Shown piece by piece: positions 50,476-62,611 of a stretch of 64,000 bases of DNA. Origin of the DNA: Anthoceros angustus (taxonomy: Eukaryota > Plantae > Anthocerotophyta); assembly GCA_010909165.1 (NCBI GenBank), contig MU008197.1:1-64000 (forward strand), read 5' to 3'. The translations under genes and the position numbers were made by a program. The notes under the pieces were generated by a model, which was not told the DNA's origin, made no database searches, and saw nothing but the letters and a program-made list of their open reading frames with translations. The stretch's first letter is position 1, and each line of letters opens with the position of its first letter.

Positions 50476-51565
50476 CATTGATAATAAATATCATAAACAG
50501 AGTAAATCCATATGATCGCATCATATCCCTGGCATGCCTCAAGAACACTTTGAGGTACGCTTAAGTCAGAACAAAAGAAAGCCGGGGAGAGGGAAGGGGT
50601 AAGTCCTGGAGGGGTAAGTCGTGCAGATGCGCTGCTGATAACATATCGTGGGCTGTGTAAGGACACATGGAGAGGACATGTTCCTCCTCCACTCCTCATA
50701 TAAAACCCTCCAGAAAGGGCATGTCGCAGAGGATTGAAGCGGAGTCCAAAGCAGGGGCAGAGAGGGCCAGTTGCCCAAAGACGCCGCTGGGAAGATGCCT
50801 CTAGCGAGAGCAGACCTCTGCCACCAAAAAGCTTTTGCAAGGACGCATTGGCAAGGACGCTTGCCAGCAGGCGAGGTCGCTGCACGACACTCGAAGGCCA
50901 TAGGGCCCATGATGAATGTTTGATAATATGGAACTCTCATATATCAATGAGCTGGTTGGGGCTTAGCTCTAGTCCAAGGTCCAAGTGCCACCCCGGACAT
51001 CTTCTGGCACGCGACGGAGTTCATCGTCAAGCCCAGAGTTATCACCTGCGGCGAAAAGTCGCAAACTGAGGTGCTGAGACGAGCTCATGTTCAGGAAATC
51101 TTCGGACAGGACACAATTGTCCTCGAAGCTTTCTCTGTCTGTGACTGCCACCTGTTCGCGCCCTGCGAAGTCGTCCAACTTGGTAGAACCTCCTTCTTCA
51201 CCAGCTGAACTTAGCAGCCCGAAATCAACCATGAGCATGCGTGGGAGAGGGTTGCAGGTGCCAGTGCTACATTCTCCGGTGCAGGTGCAGGTGCAGGTGC
51301 CAATGTCCAGGTGGGGTGCTGGTGCCAAATACTACTTTCTCCAGGTGCAGTCCAGCCTTGCTATTCTGCAGCAATTTCCCAGGCCCTGAGCACAGCTAAA
51401 CCTCCCGCTGTTCAGCAGCTTTGTAGGCACTGCCATTCACCGTCCAGGTCAGTCCACCAACCCTGGCCTGGCTGCTGTGGAGGCTGTGGGTTATTGCGCG
51501 TAAAGAGGACGCGTTTGTGAGCGGCCTAGTCTTGTCCATGCACCTCAGACAGCGGTCCCTGAACG

Positions 51566-54331
51566 ATGGCCACAGCAAAGGCTGAAGCTTCTTTTCTTCT
51601 TTTTGCAATTCATTGGATTTCAGGCGGGACCCAACAAATTGGTGTGTGTTCAGGGATTCTACGAGGAGCTCCTGCTAACTTCATGTTAGGGAGTCGACCC
51701 CTGGCAAGCAAAGCCTCCAGGTGCAGCAGTGTAAGGAGCCCAGCACCTCCACTTCTGAGAAAGTGTGTGGGTAGGGACGGGTTTTCCAGCGATGGTCGTT
51801 GCCAGGAGCAGGAGCACTTGTGGCAACAATTTTTTCTGGACCCTACCATGTGGTGGGACAACAGACGACATAAGAAGAGCTCCCGTTATCCTGACTTCCG
51901 GCGCAAGGGGTCCGGCGAGGTGCTGTGGTTAAACAACATGTTTAAGCCAGCTTGGGTTGATGAGCAACTCGTCTCCTTGGATATGCACATGGCTCACGGT
52001 GCCTCTCCTTCCAAGTCGAGCTCTCTACAAAATCCTGAACCTGGAAGGCGTGCAGGTTCGGAAATGGGCTCCAGCTGCAGCAGTGTAAGGAGCCCAGCAC
52101 TTCCACATCCGATGGGCCATGGTGCCTCACCTTTCGAGTCCAGCTCTCAGGATAAGCCTGAACCTGGGAGGCGTGCAGGATCGGAAATGGGCGTCGTTAC
52201 TGCTGTTACCGTGAGCACGTTATGTCAGCAGGGGAAGCTTTCTGAGGCCGTTGGAGCCCTGGAATCTCTGGCGCACAGACTCTCCCATTTCTCAGTCTCT
52301 GTTGTACACTGTGCTGAAACTGTGTACAGCCAAGAAGGATTTGGTTGTGGGGCGACGAGTTCATGATCTCATTGTCCAACTTGGATACGAGTCGAATGCA
52401 TACTTGGGGAACCAGATCTTGCGCATGTATGCAGGTGGAGGTAGGCTAGAGGAGGCCATGGATGTGCTCACCAGGGTGGGCAAACCAGATGCCTTCATGT
52501 GGTCCTCCATAATCTCTGCATGCTAAGCATGGGAAACTCAATGAGGCCATACAACTGTATCATGAGATGCGTAGGTCAGGAGTTAAGGCGGATGCTCACG
52601 TCTTTGTAGCTGCCCTTCAGGCTTGTGCATTTGCTGCCGACTTGGAATCCGGCAGAAAAGTGCACTACGATGTGGTGCAGAGTGGCATTCCTACTAACTT
52701 GTTTGTTGGCAACTGCCTGGTGGACATGTATGCAAAGTGTGGGGAACTGAAAGCAGCACGCGAGGTTTTTGACAACATGGTGGCAAAGGATGTGGTGACA
52801 TGGAACTCCCTGATATCTGGGTATGCAAAATGTGGTGAACTGAAAGATGCACGCCAGGTGTTTGACAGCATGAACACAAAGAATGTAGTGACATGGAATG
52901 CCCTGATAGCTGGGTATGCCCAGCAAGGGCTCGGACATGAGGCACTTGCAATGTATGGACAAATGGAGGAGGAGGGCCTGGTTTTGGCTGACCGTGTTAC
53001 CTTTGCTTGCCTTCTGAATGCCTGTGCAAGCACTGGTGCCATAGAGAAGGGCAGGCAGCTGCACTCACAGATTATCAAAAGAGGACTGCTGGATGATGTA
53101 GTGTTGGGCAACTGCCTGGTGGACATGTATGCAAAATGTGGGTATGCACAGCAAGGACTTTGCCAAGAGGCGTTTGTTGTATATGAACAAATGGAAAAAG
53201 AAGGCCTCATTTTGGCTAACCCTGTTACTTTTGCTTGCCTTCTGAAGGCCTGTGCAAGCACCGGTGCCTTACAGAAGGGAAGGCAGCTGCACTCACAGAT
53301 TGTGGAGAGAGGACTGCTGGATAACATAGTGGTGGGCAACAGCCTCGTGGACATGTATGTAAAATGTGGTGAACTGGAAGATGCACGCCAGGTTTTTGAC
53401 AGCATGAACACAAAGAATGTGGTGACATGGACCGCCCTGATATCTGGGTATGGTACTTGTGATGAAGGTCACAAGGCACTAGCTTGTTTTGAGGAGATGT
53501 TAGTTGCCGGTATTCAGCCTAATGATGCTACTTTTACTTGCCTTTTAGTAGCATGCAGCCATGGGGGACTGGTCCAGGACGGTCGCAAGCACTTTGATTC
53601 CATGGCTGAACAGCATGGCATCAAACCTACTCTTGAGCATTATAATTGCATGATTGATCTTCTTGGGCGTGCAGGCCATTTAGATGAGGCAGAGAAGATG
53701 CTATTATCATGAGGGCCAAAGTAATGTTGTGGGATTGAAGTCTTTGTTGAATGCCTGCAAAAGTCACGGGGATATAGAGAGGGCAAGGTGGTGTTTTGAA
53801 AGCATTGTCAGGCTGGACCCCCAAGAGGCTCCCGCATATGTGCTCATGGCCAATGCCTACGCAGATGCAGGTAGGTGGACCGATGTAGACAGGATTGAGA
53901 AACAGCGAATGACAGCAGGAGCTAACAAGAAACCTGCAGTGGCAACCATTGAGGTGAACAAGGAAGTACATAGATTTGTGGTGGGAGAAAGAAGAGAGGA
54001 TATTGCACTTCAGGTCGAGAGAACGAATGCACGTCTGAAGCAGGAAGGAGGCCACGTACCTCACACAAAGTTGGTGTTGAAGCCAATGTCTGAGAAGGAA
54101 AAGGAAGATGTGCTTTGTGGACATGCTGAGAAGCTAGCTCTGGCGTTTGGTCTCTTGAACACTCCGAGTGGGACACCACTGATGGTGACTAAGAATCTCC
54201 GCATGTGCAGTGACTGCCACAGTTCCACGGAGATAATGTCAAGGCTTGAACATAGAGACATTGTTGTGAGGGATGGGTACCGTGTGCATCGATTCGCAGC
54301 TGGTTGTTGCAGTTGTAAGGGTCGACCGTGA
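51566..54331 (+). CDS. PLS-class PPR RNA-editing factor with an N-terminal OSB-type PDF motif and a C-terminal DYW:KP (GRP) domain; three frameshifts (pseudogene or sequence error)
   Basis: PDF motif at 51821-51970. P/L/S repeats at 52330-53700. DYW:KP signatures 'KKPAVATIEV', 'HAEKLALAFGL', 'KNLRMCSDCH' and terminal 'CSCKGRP*'. Frame breaks near 52290, 52520 and 53710. Confidence 0.88.
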
Positions 54332-54499
54332 GAATAATGAAGAACTAGGTGGCCAGTGCCCAGGGAAGACTTTTTTCTTTCGGGGTGAATGTGCTTGGTT
54401 AACTCCATCCCTTCCCAAACTGAGACATGGGCATAGATCGCTAACACTGATCTAGGCACATCGTAAAAGTTAACCGTGTCCGTGTCTACATCACATCGT

Positions 54500-54930
54500 A
54501 ACTGGAAGATGCACACCAGGTTTTGGATAGCATGAACAGAAAGGATGTGGTGACACGGACTGCCCTGATATCTGGGTGTGCACAGGAAGGGCTCGGCCAA
54601 GAGGGGCTTGTTGTGTATGGACAAATGGAGCAAGAATGCACCCGTCTTTCCGAGGCAAATGCAGTACACTTGAAGATGATGCGACGGTCGTCCTGTACTT
54701 CCCCCGAATGACATAACGTGCATACCCGTTGGTCTCTCTGCATGTAAGTTCTGTCCGTCACCACCCTGAGCTTGTGTCTTCTGCATCTGAACTGGGACAT
54801 GACTGTCTGTTTTGGGGGGCTAAGGTTACACCTCAAAGATCTCTGCTGGGTGATTGCTCCTCTGGAGTGGATATTCTCTCTGTAAAATTGCATATCACCT
54901 TCCTGGTGTATGCCTCTGCGATAACGGCGT
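54500..54930. pseudogene. PPR fragment (+, 54500-54635) fused to an RTE-like LINE C-terminal fragment (-, 54635-54930)
   Basis: 'DSMNRKDVVTRTALISG' on the plus strand; 'QFRCRRHKLRV...RVCTLCHSGEVQDD...FKC' on the minus strand. Confidence 0.7.
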
Positions 54931-55576
54931 CTGTGATGTGTTGGAATTGGCCTGCTAACCCATTTTGTGAACTGAGTCGGACTCACCAGCTCTGAGTCTC
55001 CTCGAAGCCCGAAGACGCTCTGCTCTGCCCTTGAATATCGACTTGGAGAGTTGAATATTCAGCTGATCTGCTGGCCATGATTCATGCAGACCAATCCAAT
55101 GCAGCAGTACGTGAAGGTCAGTAGGCCAACAATCAACAGATGCAGCAAGCAGATAAAAGTTTTGTTTGTCAGTTTCACATGGTAAAGCGCCCATCGAGAT
55201 GGCGTCAAGCGAGCTGGCCATGTCATCCAGAAGGGGGGAGGTTGTAAAGTTGGGCTGGGAAACACCACGGGGGATCCGGTTGATGTTACGAGGCCCGTTC
55301 TTGTTGCTGAGGCCAAGCAGATATTGCTACGCCCGGAGATCGGTGCCTGCGACTGTCTGTCATGAGCGAGGCTGCGAATCCCAATGGCTGCATCGCCACT
55401 TCCTCTGACTCCACTTCCCTGTTTTGCAGGGGCGCGACACTATTCCCAAAATTCCTGGGAGGACGGGAGCAGGGTGGAGTCGGGACCCGTCATCCGCACC
55501 TTGGCATCCACGGCAGCGACGAATCTGCATATGCCGGGCCCAGCGCCATTCGCCTCAGCTTCAGCTTCACGGAATC

Positions 55577-55672
55577 CGACCCGGAGCTTGGATTGGCAAA
55601 CGCAGGTGAACCTGGGGAAACCTTCGACCCGGAGCTTGGATTGGCAAACGCAGGTGAACGTGGGGAATCCTT
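55577..55672 (+). repeat. 48 bp tandem duplication
   Basis: CGACCCGGAGCTTGGATTGGCAAACGCAGGTGAAC occurs twice, 48 bp apart. Confidence 0.85.
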
Positions 55673-55947
55673 CCCCACCGGGATACGTTGCAGTGAGCGC
55701 TTTGACCTTCCGGATGCCAGCCTCCGTGTGATGCACCAGCCTGGCGATTTGAGTCGGGGGGACCGGCTCGACGGCAAGCCAAGCCCTCAGAAGCTGCCGC
55801 GACCTCACGCGGCGGGGTGCAGGTAGTCTGCGGCCAGCTTTCTTCACATGGCTGTTCTGTGCAGAAGCCCGAAGACGCTTTGCTCTGCAGGACCTTCGCG
55901 CATGGACCAATTCCATTAAACGGCGAGCGGACAGCGCGAGTCCTTAA

Positions 55948-57931
55948 CTACTGCAGGATAGAGTCCAGCCCTCCGGGGGTGTCTACACAGCTCACCCACG
56001 GGCGATCATTCCTCTGAAGACTAGGGCGCGCCCACAACCTGAAAAAGGGGTGACTTGACTGAGCTCCAGCTTCGCCTTTCTCATCCTCGTCTTCGCTGTC
56101 ACTCTTGCTGCTGCTCGACGGCGAGCTCGAGAACCCAGTGTACCTGAACACCTGAGAACGAACACGGAACAAGCTGAACGAAACTGCCTCCCGAGCACGG
56201 TACGTTGCAAAAGATAGCGCACGGACCTGTTCGGGAGTGAAAGGCGTAACCATATGTTGCTTAAGATCACCGACCTGTCTGCTGCAGGCACTCTTCCTTT
56301 TTCGTGACTCGCTCATCCAAAGGATCCGTTTACAATCCAAGCAGTAGACTCTGTTGGAGAGAGAGAGTGACTGTGGATTAGCTGCAATATGCAACAGACG
56401 CTTAATTAGAACGGGAACCGTCTCCTACACAGTATTGAATTCGAGTGACACAAAAGGGGAAGAGGGGAAAACCTTGCCGACAAGCTTCGAACGCCGCCGA
56501 CCAGGTGGATCCAGGTCTAGGATAAATTACACCACCCACTACAGCAGGGATTCGAGCAGGGATTCGAGAAACTCTCGTTCCGAACGTACTAATGGCAAAC
56601 AGATGAAGGTATAATGAGCGCCAAAGTGAGTCATCAGTGGCTGCCGCTCTCCAGTCCCTGTAAGAAATAATCGATTACTTCACAAGCCACCTCCCCAACC
56701 AACCAACACCCATTCTCACCATCTCTCATCCAATCCAGATTTCACTACCCTATTCAAGTAATAATCTGTGCCGAACCGAGAACCAATTTAACAATTCATG
56801 CAAACTATGTCCCTGGAATCATCCTTCCAGGTTGCACATGCTTGCATCTACCAGGTATACCCATCAAGAGAGAGATTTGAACCTGCACACAGCACGAGCT
56901 GTTGCTAACCCAGAAGCATCCAGAAATCCAAAGACTTGGACCAGAACATCATGAGGGAGTGGAACGTAGTCTGGAACATCACAAACACAATGTCTCAGAT
57001 TCCAAGACCAAGCTAGACATGACGAGATTGCTGTTGTAAAACATAGCCTCCTGCCCTTTCGGCTGGAGTCACCCCAACATGAGACCAAGTTATAAACCCA
57101 GCTAACAGTGCGCACTTCCTCAATGATACGTCATGCCAATGGAGCCCAACAACAGTAGTTAGAACCCGGCAGTTGTCCTTGTGAAAGACGAAGGCAACTC
57201 GGTATGCTCACCTGCTATTTCCAGCTGCTGACTCTTATAACGGCGGGTCTGAGCAATTACGGCATGCTTGTATTCGTTTGCAGCTGTAAGCCGTCGCTGC
57301 TTGGGCAGAGCCCTCTCCACCGCTTGTAACAGTGAGTTTGCAGCTGCCAGTTGTTTGCTTGTGTCCAAACTGTCAAGAGTTTAGACACCACACACGTAGT
57401 AAGATCCCGAACCCTACTGCTTGCAAATCAATCTGAAGATCAGAGTCACACGGGGGAAACCGAACTTACCTAGGAAGTTTTCGGAATGCTACAAGCACAT
57501 CATCATACATAGACGCCTGAATCACCTTGTTCACCTTGCTGTAGGCCCTCAGCAGCTCTGCTAACTCCTTGCATGCTTCTACATAATCAGACCTGCACAT
57601 GCGTAAGAAACCTGATCTCAAAATCCGAGCAACCGCCATCCCATATATGCAACACACAAAAGCGCTCCCATTCATTCGGACCCTTGCGAATTCACGACCT
57701 AACTAAAGTCTCAACCACCCGTCAAACAGACAAACCCACAAATGCTGCCGCGCAACATCCAACCATTCATCCTACCGAGTTGCGTACCAAACACATGAAA
57801 CCCCCTTCACTTCTCCTCCACCAAGATCTCCAAGCGCAGCGTCAGGCACGGGCTCATAGGGTTAGCGAGACGAGGGCAAACCTGCGGTTGAGAGCATCAC
57901 GGATCTGGAGCTCGGCATACTGGCGATCCAT
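55948..57931 (-). CDS. F-box protein similar to Arabidopsis At5g52880 (about 7 exons)
   Basis: Spliced GT-AG exons give 'YVEACKELAELLRAY...AFRKLP', 'AAANSLLQAVERALPKQRR', F-box 'LPHDVLVQVFGFLD...AVCRDW...DDSLW', 'SNRVYCLDCKRILW' and 'RLWARP'. An alternative ATG lies at 57961. Confidence 0.85.
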
Positions 57932-58401
57932 CACGGCCAAATCAACAGCAACCGTCCGCATAAGACACTGCCATGCCTCCTCCCGGTCGCCTGCGCTCTC
58001 GCCGTATTGCCTTCCTGAGATAACACGCTGCGCATGTACCTTGCGGCACGTACATGTGTACACGCGCCTCGACAGTACAGTAGGTGACGGTCGAGTTCCC
58101 CTGCCACCGTATGTACGTACCTGAACTCCCGGTGCTTGAAAAGGGAGGAGAAAAGGAGGCAGCAACAATGAAGATAAAACGAGAGGGACTCACTCCCACG
58201 TCATATCATGAATATTTTACGTCGTATGGAGATCCAATGAACCCTGGGACAAGTGTCCAGAACGTACCAGAAGCACTGAAGTCATGAGCTTCTTGGACCA
58301 CCAACCGGGCATGCATCCCCGCCCGGCAGAGACGAACAACCATATCCCTGGAACGCGTTGAACAAGATCATCTTCTGAATTCTGCTCAGCTGTGGTGCGA
58401 A

Positions 58402-59602
<1,201 letters not shown>

Positions 59603-59699
59603 AAAAAGCTGTTGGAAATTGCATTGTACAGACACTTCGAAATTTGCGCCCTTCAGTTGGAGGTTTAGAGCTAGAGCAGAGAAGCGGCGAGCTTCCTCC

Positions 59700-60003
59700 A
59701 CCACAAGAAGGCCGAGGAGAAGCCATACAAGAAGTTTGAGTATCAAAGCCATACATGAAGTTAGAGGAGAAGGCATACAAGAAGCCCGAAGAGAAGCCAC
59801 ACACAAGGAGCCTGAGGAGAAGCCATCCACAAGGGGCCTGACGAGGAGCCATCCACAAGAGGCCTGACGAGGAGCCATCCACAAGAGGCCTGACGAGGAG
59901 CCATACCAGAAGCCTTTCTTAGGAGAAGCCAAAAAACGAAGAAGCCTTAGAAGAAGCCTGAGGAGAAGCCATATAGAGAGGAAGCCATACAAGAAGCCTC
60001 ACC
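59700..60003 (+). pseudogene. Degenerate fragment of the KKPEEKPY repeat gene
   Basis: GAGGAGAAGCCATACAAGAAG-like units with frameshifts; no signal peptide or start codon. Confidence 0.75.
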
Positions 60004-60320
60004 TCGAGGTTTCTATCCACTCCAATAGAAAATACAGTTGCAAATTGCATAGTACAGACACTCGCAAATTTCTGCAGCTCACTTGGCGGTTGAGAGGGGA
60101 AAAGCGCCGAGCTTCATCCACTACCTTTTTATATCCTGTTGCGGACGTGTAACCACGTCCATGGCAGGGCCACAGAATTGTGGGCATGGCATCCGCATGC
60201 CTAACATAAATCGAGATCAGGGCAAAGCTTCCTAGTTTTGCGACCGAAGAGCTCTAGCAGCGCGGAGGAGACAACAGGCAGGAGCGAGCAGCAACTTGGG
60301 ATCAGCAATCGGAGCGAGGA

Positions 60321-61078
60321 ATGGCTTCTTGGAGGGCGGAGAGGCGGGGTTTGGCGCTCGTCTTGGCGCTGGCCGTGTTGGCTGTTGTGACGGATTGCGC
60401 ACTGGCTGGAAGACCGCCACAACATCCGAAGCCGGAACCCAAGAAGCCTGAGCCTTCCAAGCAGCCGCCCAGGGACGACTGCGGCGTGCTCGTGGACGGT
60501 TTCGTCCTCTGCGCCAATGCGTGTGTGGATCCCAAAGGCAAGGCGCCTTCCACGGGCGTGCCAATCAATGGTAAGTGCTGAGGCCAGGAGTGGCGAGTGA
60601 CTCGTTGCTTGTGCTCCTGAAGGAATCCTTGAACTGCACGTCAGATGGATCCACAGCAACACCTGCCGCTACTTTTCAGATCTGCGTGCACCATTTTTCT
60701 GACTGAGAAATTTTTGGAATTGTGCTGGGATGCTGTTGCTGTGAAGGCGCCATCGTGAGCGTCACTTGCATCAACCTGTACGGGCTGAAGACCGACTACA
60801 GAGCTGCGAAAACGAATGCGAAGGGCTACTTTGTGATCGATCTGGGAGATTACGATTACTCTGCGTTCGGAGTGTCGCACTGCAAGGCCACGCTTGTGTC
60901 GGTTCCGGGCCCCTGCAACTTCGTCACGGATCTGAACAAGGGCCATTCCGGCGCCCCCCTCGTCAAGAACAAGTCGGTGACCGCCGGCGGGGCTGAGAAC
61001 GTCGTCTACACTGTTGGCCCCTTCTACACTGTTCCCCACAAGTGCGCCGGCCGAAAGCCAGCTCTCACCACCAGCTGA
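60321..61078 (+). CDS. Secreted Pollen Ole e 1-domain protein with a short Pro/Lys-rich N-terminus (exons 60321-60570 and 60747-61078)
   Basis: Signal peptide, then 'VDGFVLC...C', 'PINGAIVSVTC', 'TNAKGYF', 'CKATLVS..GPC...TDLNKG..GA.L' and 'YTVGPF'; phase-1 intron. Confidence 0.88.
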
Positions 61079-62514
61079 TTTCGAGCGCAGTCGTGCATCG
61101 GCCATGTTCATCGTGGTCGACTGATCGTCCGAATTAAGGGTCATGGAAGTGGACACATAAGCTTACTGTAGTGGCGCTGGCCAGATTGCCGGACGGTTTG
61201 TCCAACTAAGCGCATTCTTTTGCAGCCCCGTTCAGTGCCTAGGCCACAACCCCTTGTACAAACCTGGCTGCCAGGGCATATGCTTTCTGAATGTGAGGCG
61301 TTTCCAATCCAGATCGACATTCCTTTCCAGCAAGTTGATCTGACTCAACCCCCTCACTCTGCTCCGTTCCCACGTTATCACATCTGCTTCATGACATTCA
61401 ACAGGCTAAGCACGAATCTATCTGTGTGGAATGTCATATGCTTTTATCTCCTACTATCTAGAAGGGAAGACCTATCCACTCTTCTCGCAAAATGTAACCT
61501 GGATGTGTTTTGCATCTTGTTTCTCGACCATCGGTGATTGCATCACCAGGTAACGCCATTTTTGGGATTATCTAGCCTCACCATACGCGCATCACACTGG
61601 TCTGTGCAGCTCGATTCCAGGACATTGCGTGTCGATCGGCTGGGAATACACGATACAGCTAGCTGGCATCGCTGGGGACTAGTAGAGATCGTGCATGTAC
61701 CCGATTTCTAACAGCTTCAGGCTCATGCTGTTCTTCTCACTTTCAGACAAGATGCGACCTTTCACTTGTCAGGTTGACACTGTAACACCCAATGCGGCCA
61801 TGAACATGGAGACCGATGAAAATCACCAACCTATTCCAAGTCCATATACCTGCCGCAGCAGCAAACAGGCTACTTGTAAATTACTACATTGCGGACGTCC
61901 ACGCAGCTCGGATGTCTTCATTCTTACACATTGTTCCATGCTGAACGTGGCGGCCTGCCAGTGTGTGCAACGGACCCACCATCTTCCGAAGGATCCATTC
62001 CCTGAACTTGGCAATGGGTCCCTCGCTATTTCAGGCAGCCAAGCGCGTAGTGTGATGAGATGTGATAATATGCCCTGGCAATGGAGACGGTGGCGCATTA
62101 TCAGGCAATCACGTGTTCCGTACATGTGCGATTTACAGCCTGCTTTGTCCTAAACCCTGAAATCTCGACGTCCGACGTGCGCACGACCCATCTCTCCCGC
62201 AGCTCTGTAGAGTCGGCATGCAGGTCCGTGGTTGAGCTCTCTGTGTGCCGATTGCCCGTGCAGGATTGTAGACTAGTCGCCTGCTGGTCCTCGGGAACGG
62301 GCTGGGTGCGTGCTCGACCCGGACGTTTGGGACTTGGCGTTTCTCAAAGTACCCACATCGGGACGGATGCTGCCTGCCTGCGTGCATGTTGACTGCACAT
62401 GTTGACTACTGGCTGGCCCCCAGCCTGGAGGCTCGGTGCGCAATGCGGGAGCGGCATGGCTACAGCGGTCGTCTCGTCTCTGGATCACAACAGGCCTGCA
62501 GCTCTTGCTGCAGC

Positions 62515-62525
62515 AGTATATATGG
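62515..62525 (+). promoter_or_regulatory. Putative TATA box
   Basis: TATATAT about 95 bp upstream of ATG 62612. Confidence 0.4.
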
Positions 62526-62611
62526 GGATTGCCTGCACGGAATGACATCATCCGGCGTCTGTCTGCGTTCAGTGTTTCATTCACTGCTCTGCAGCCCTGA
62601 GTGTAGGAAAC

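Noticed and set aside
50969-51328. Possible BTB-BACK remnant (VLSEDFLNMS), with a BTB-like piece at 42270-42620
   Set aside because: Too short and degenerate to support without a profile search.
52576-53479. Long minus-strand ORFs over the PPR array
   Set aside because: Antisense shadows of the PPR coding repeats.
55200-55920. Overlapping 115-158 aa ORFs between the PPR and F-box genes
   Set aside because: GC-rich, open on both strands, contains local duplications, and has no recognisable domain.
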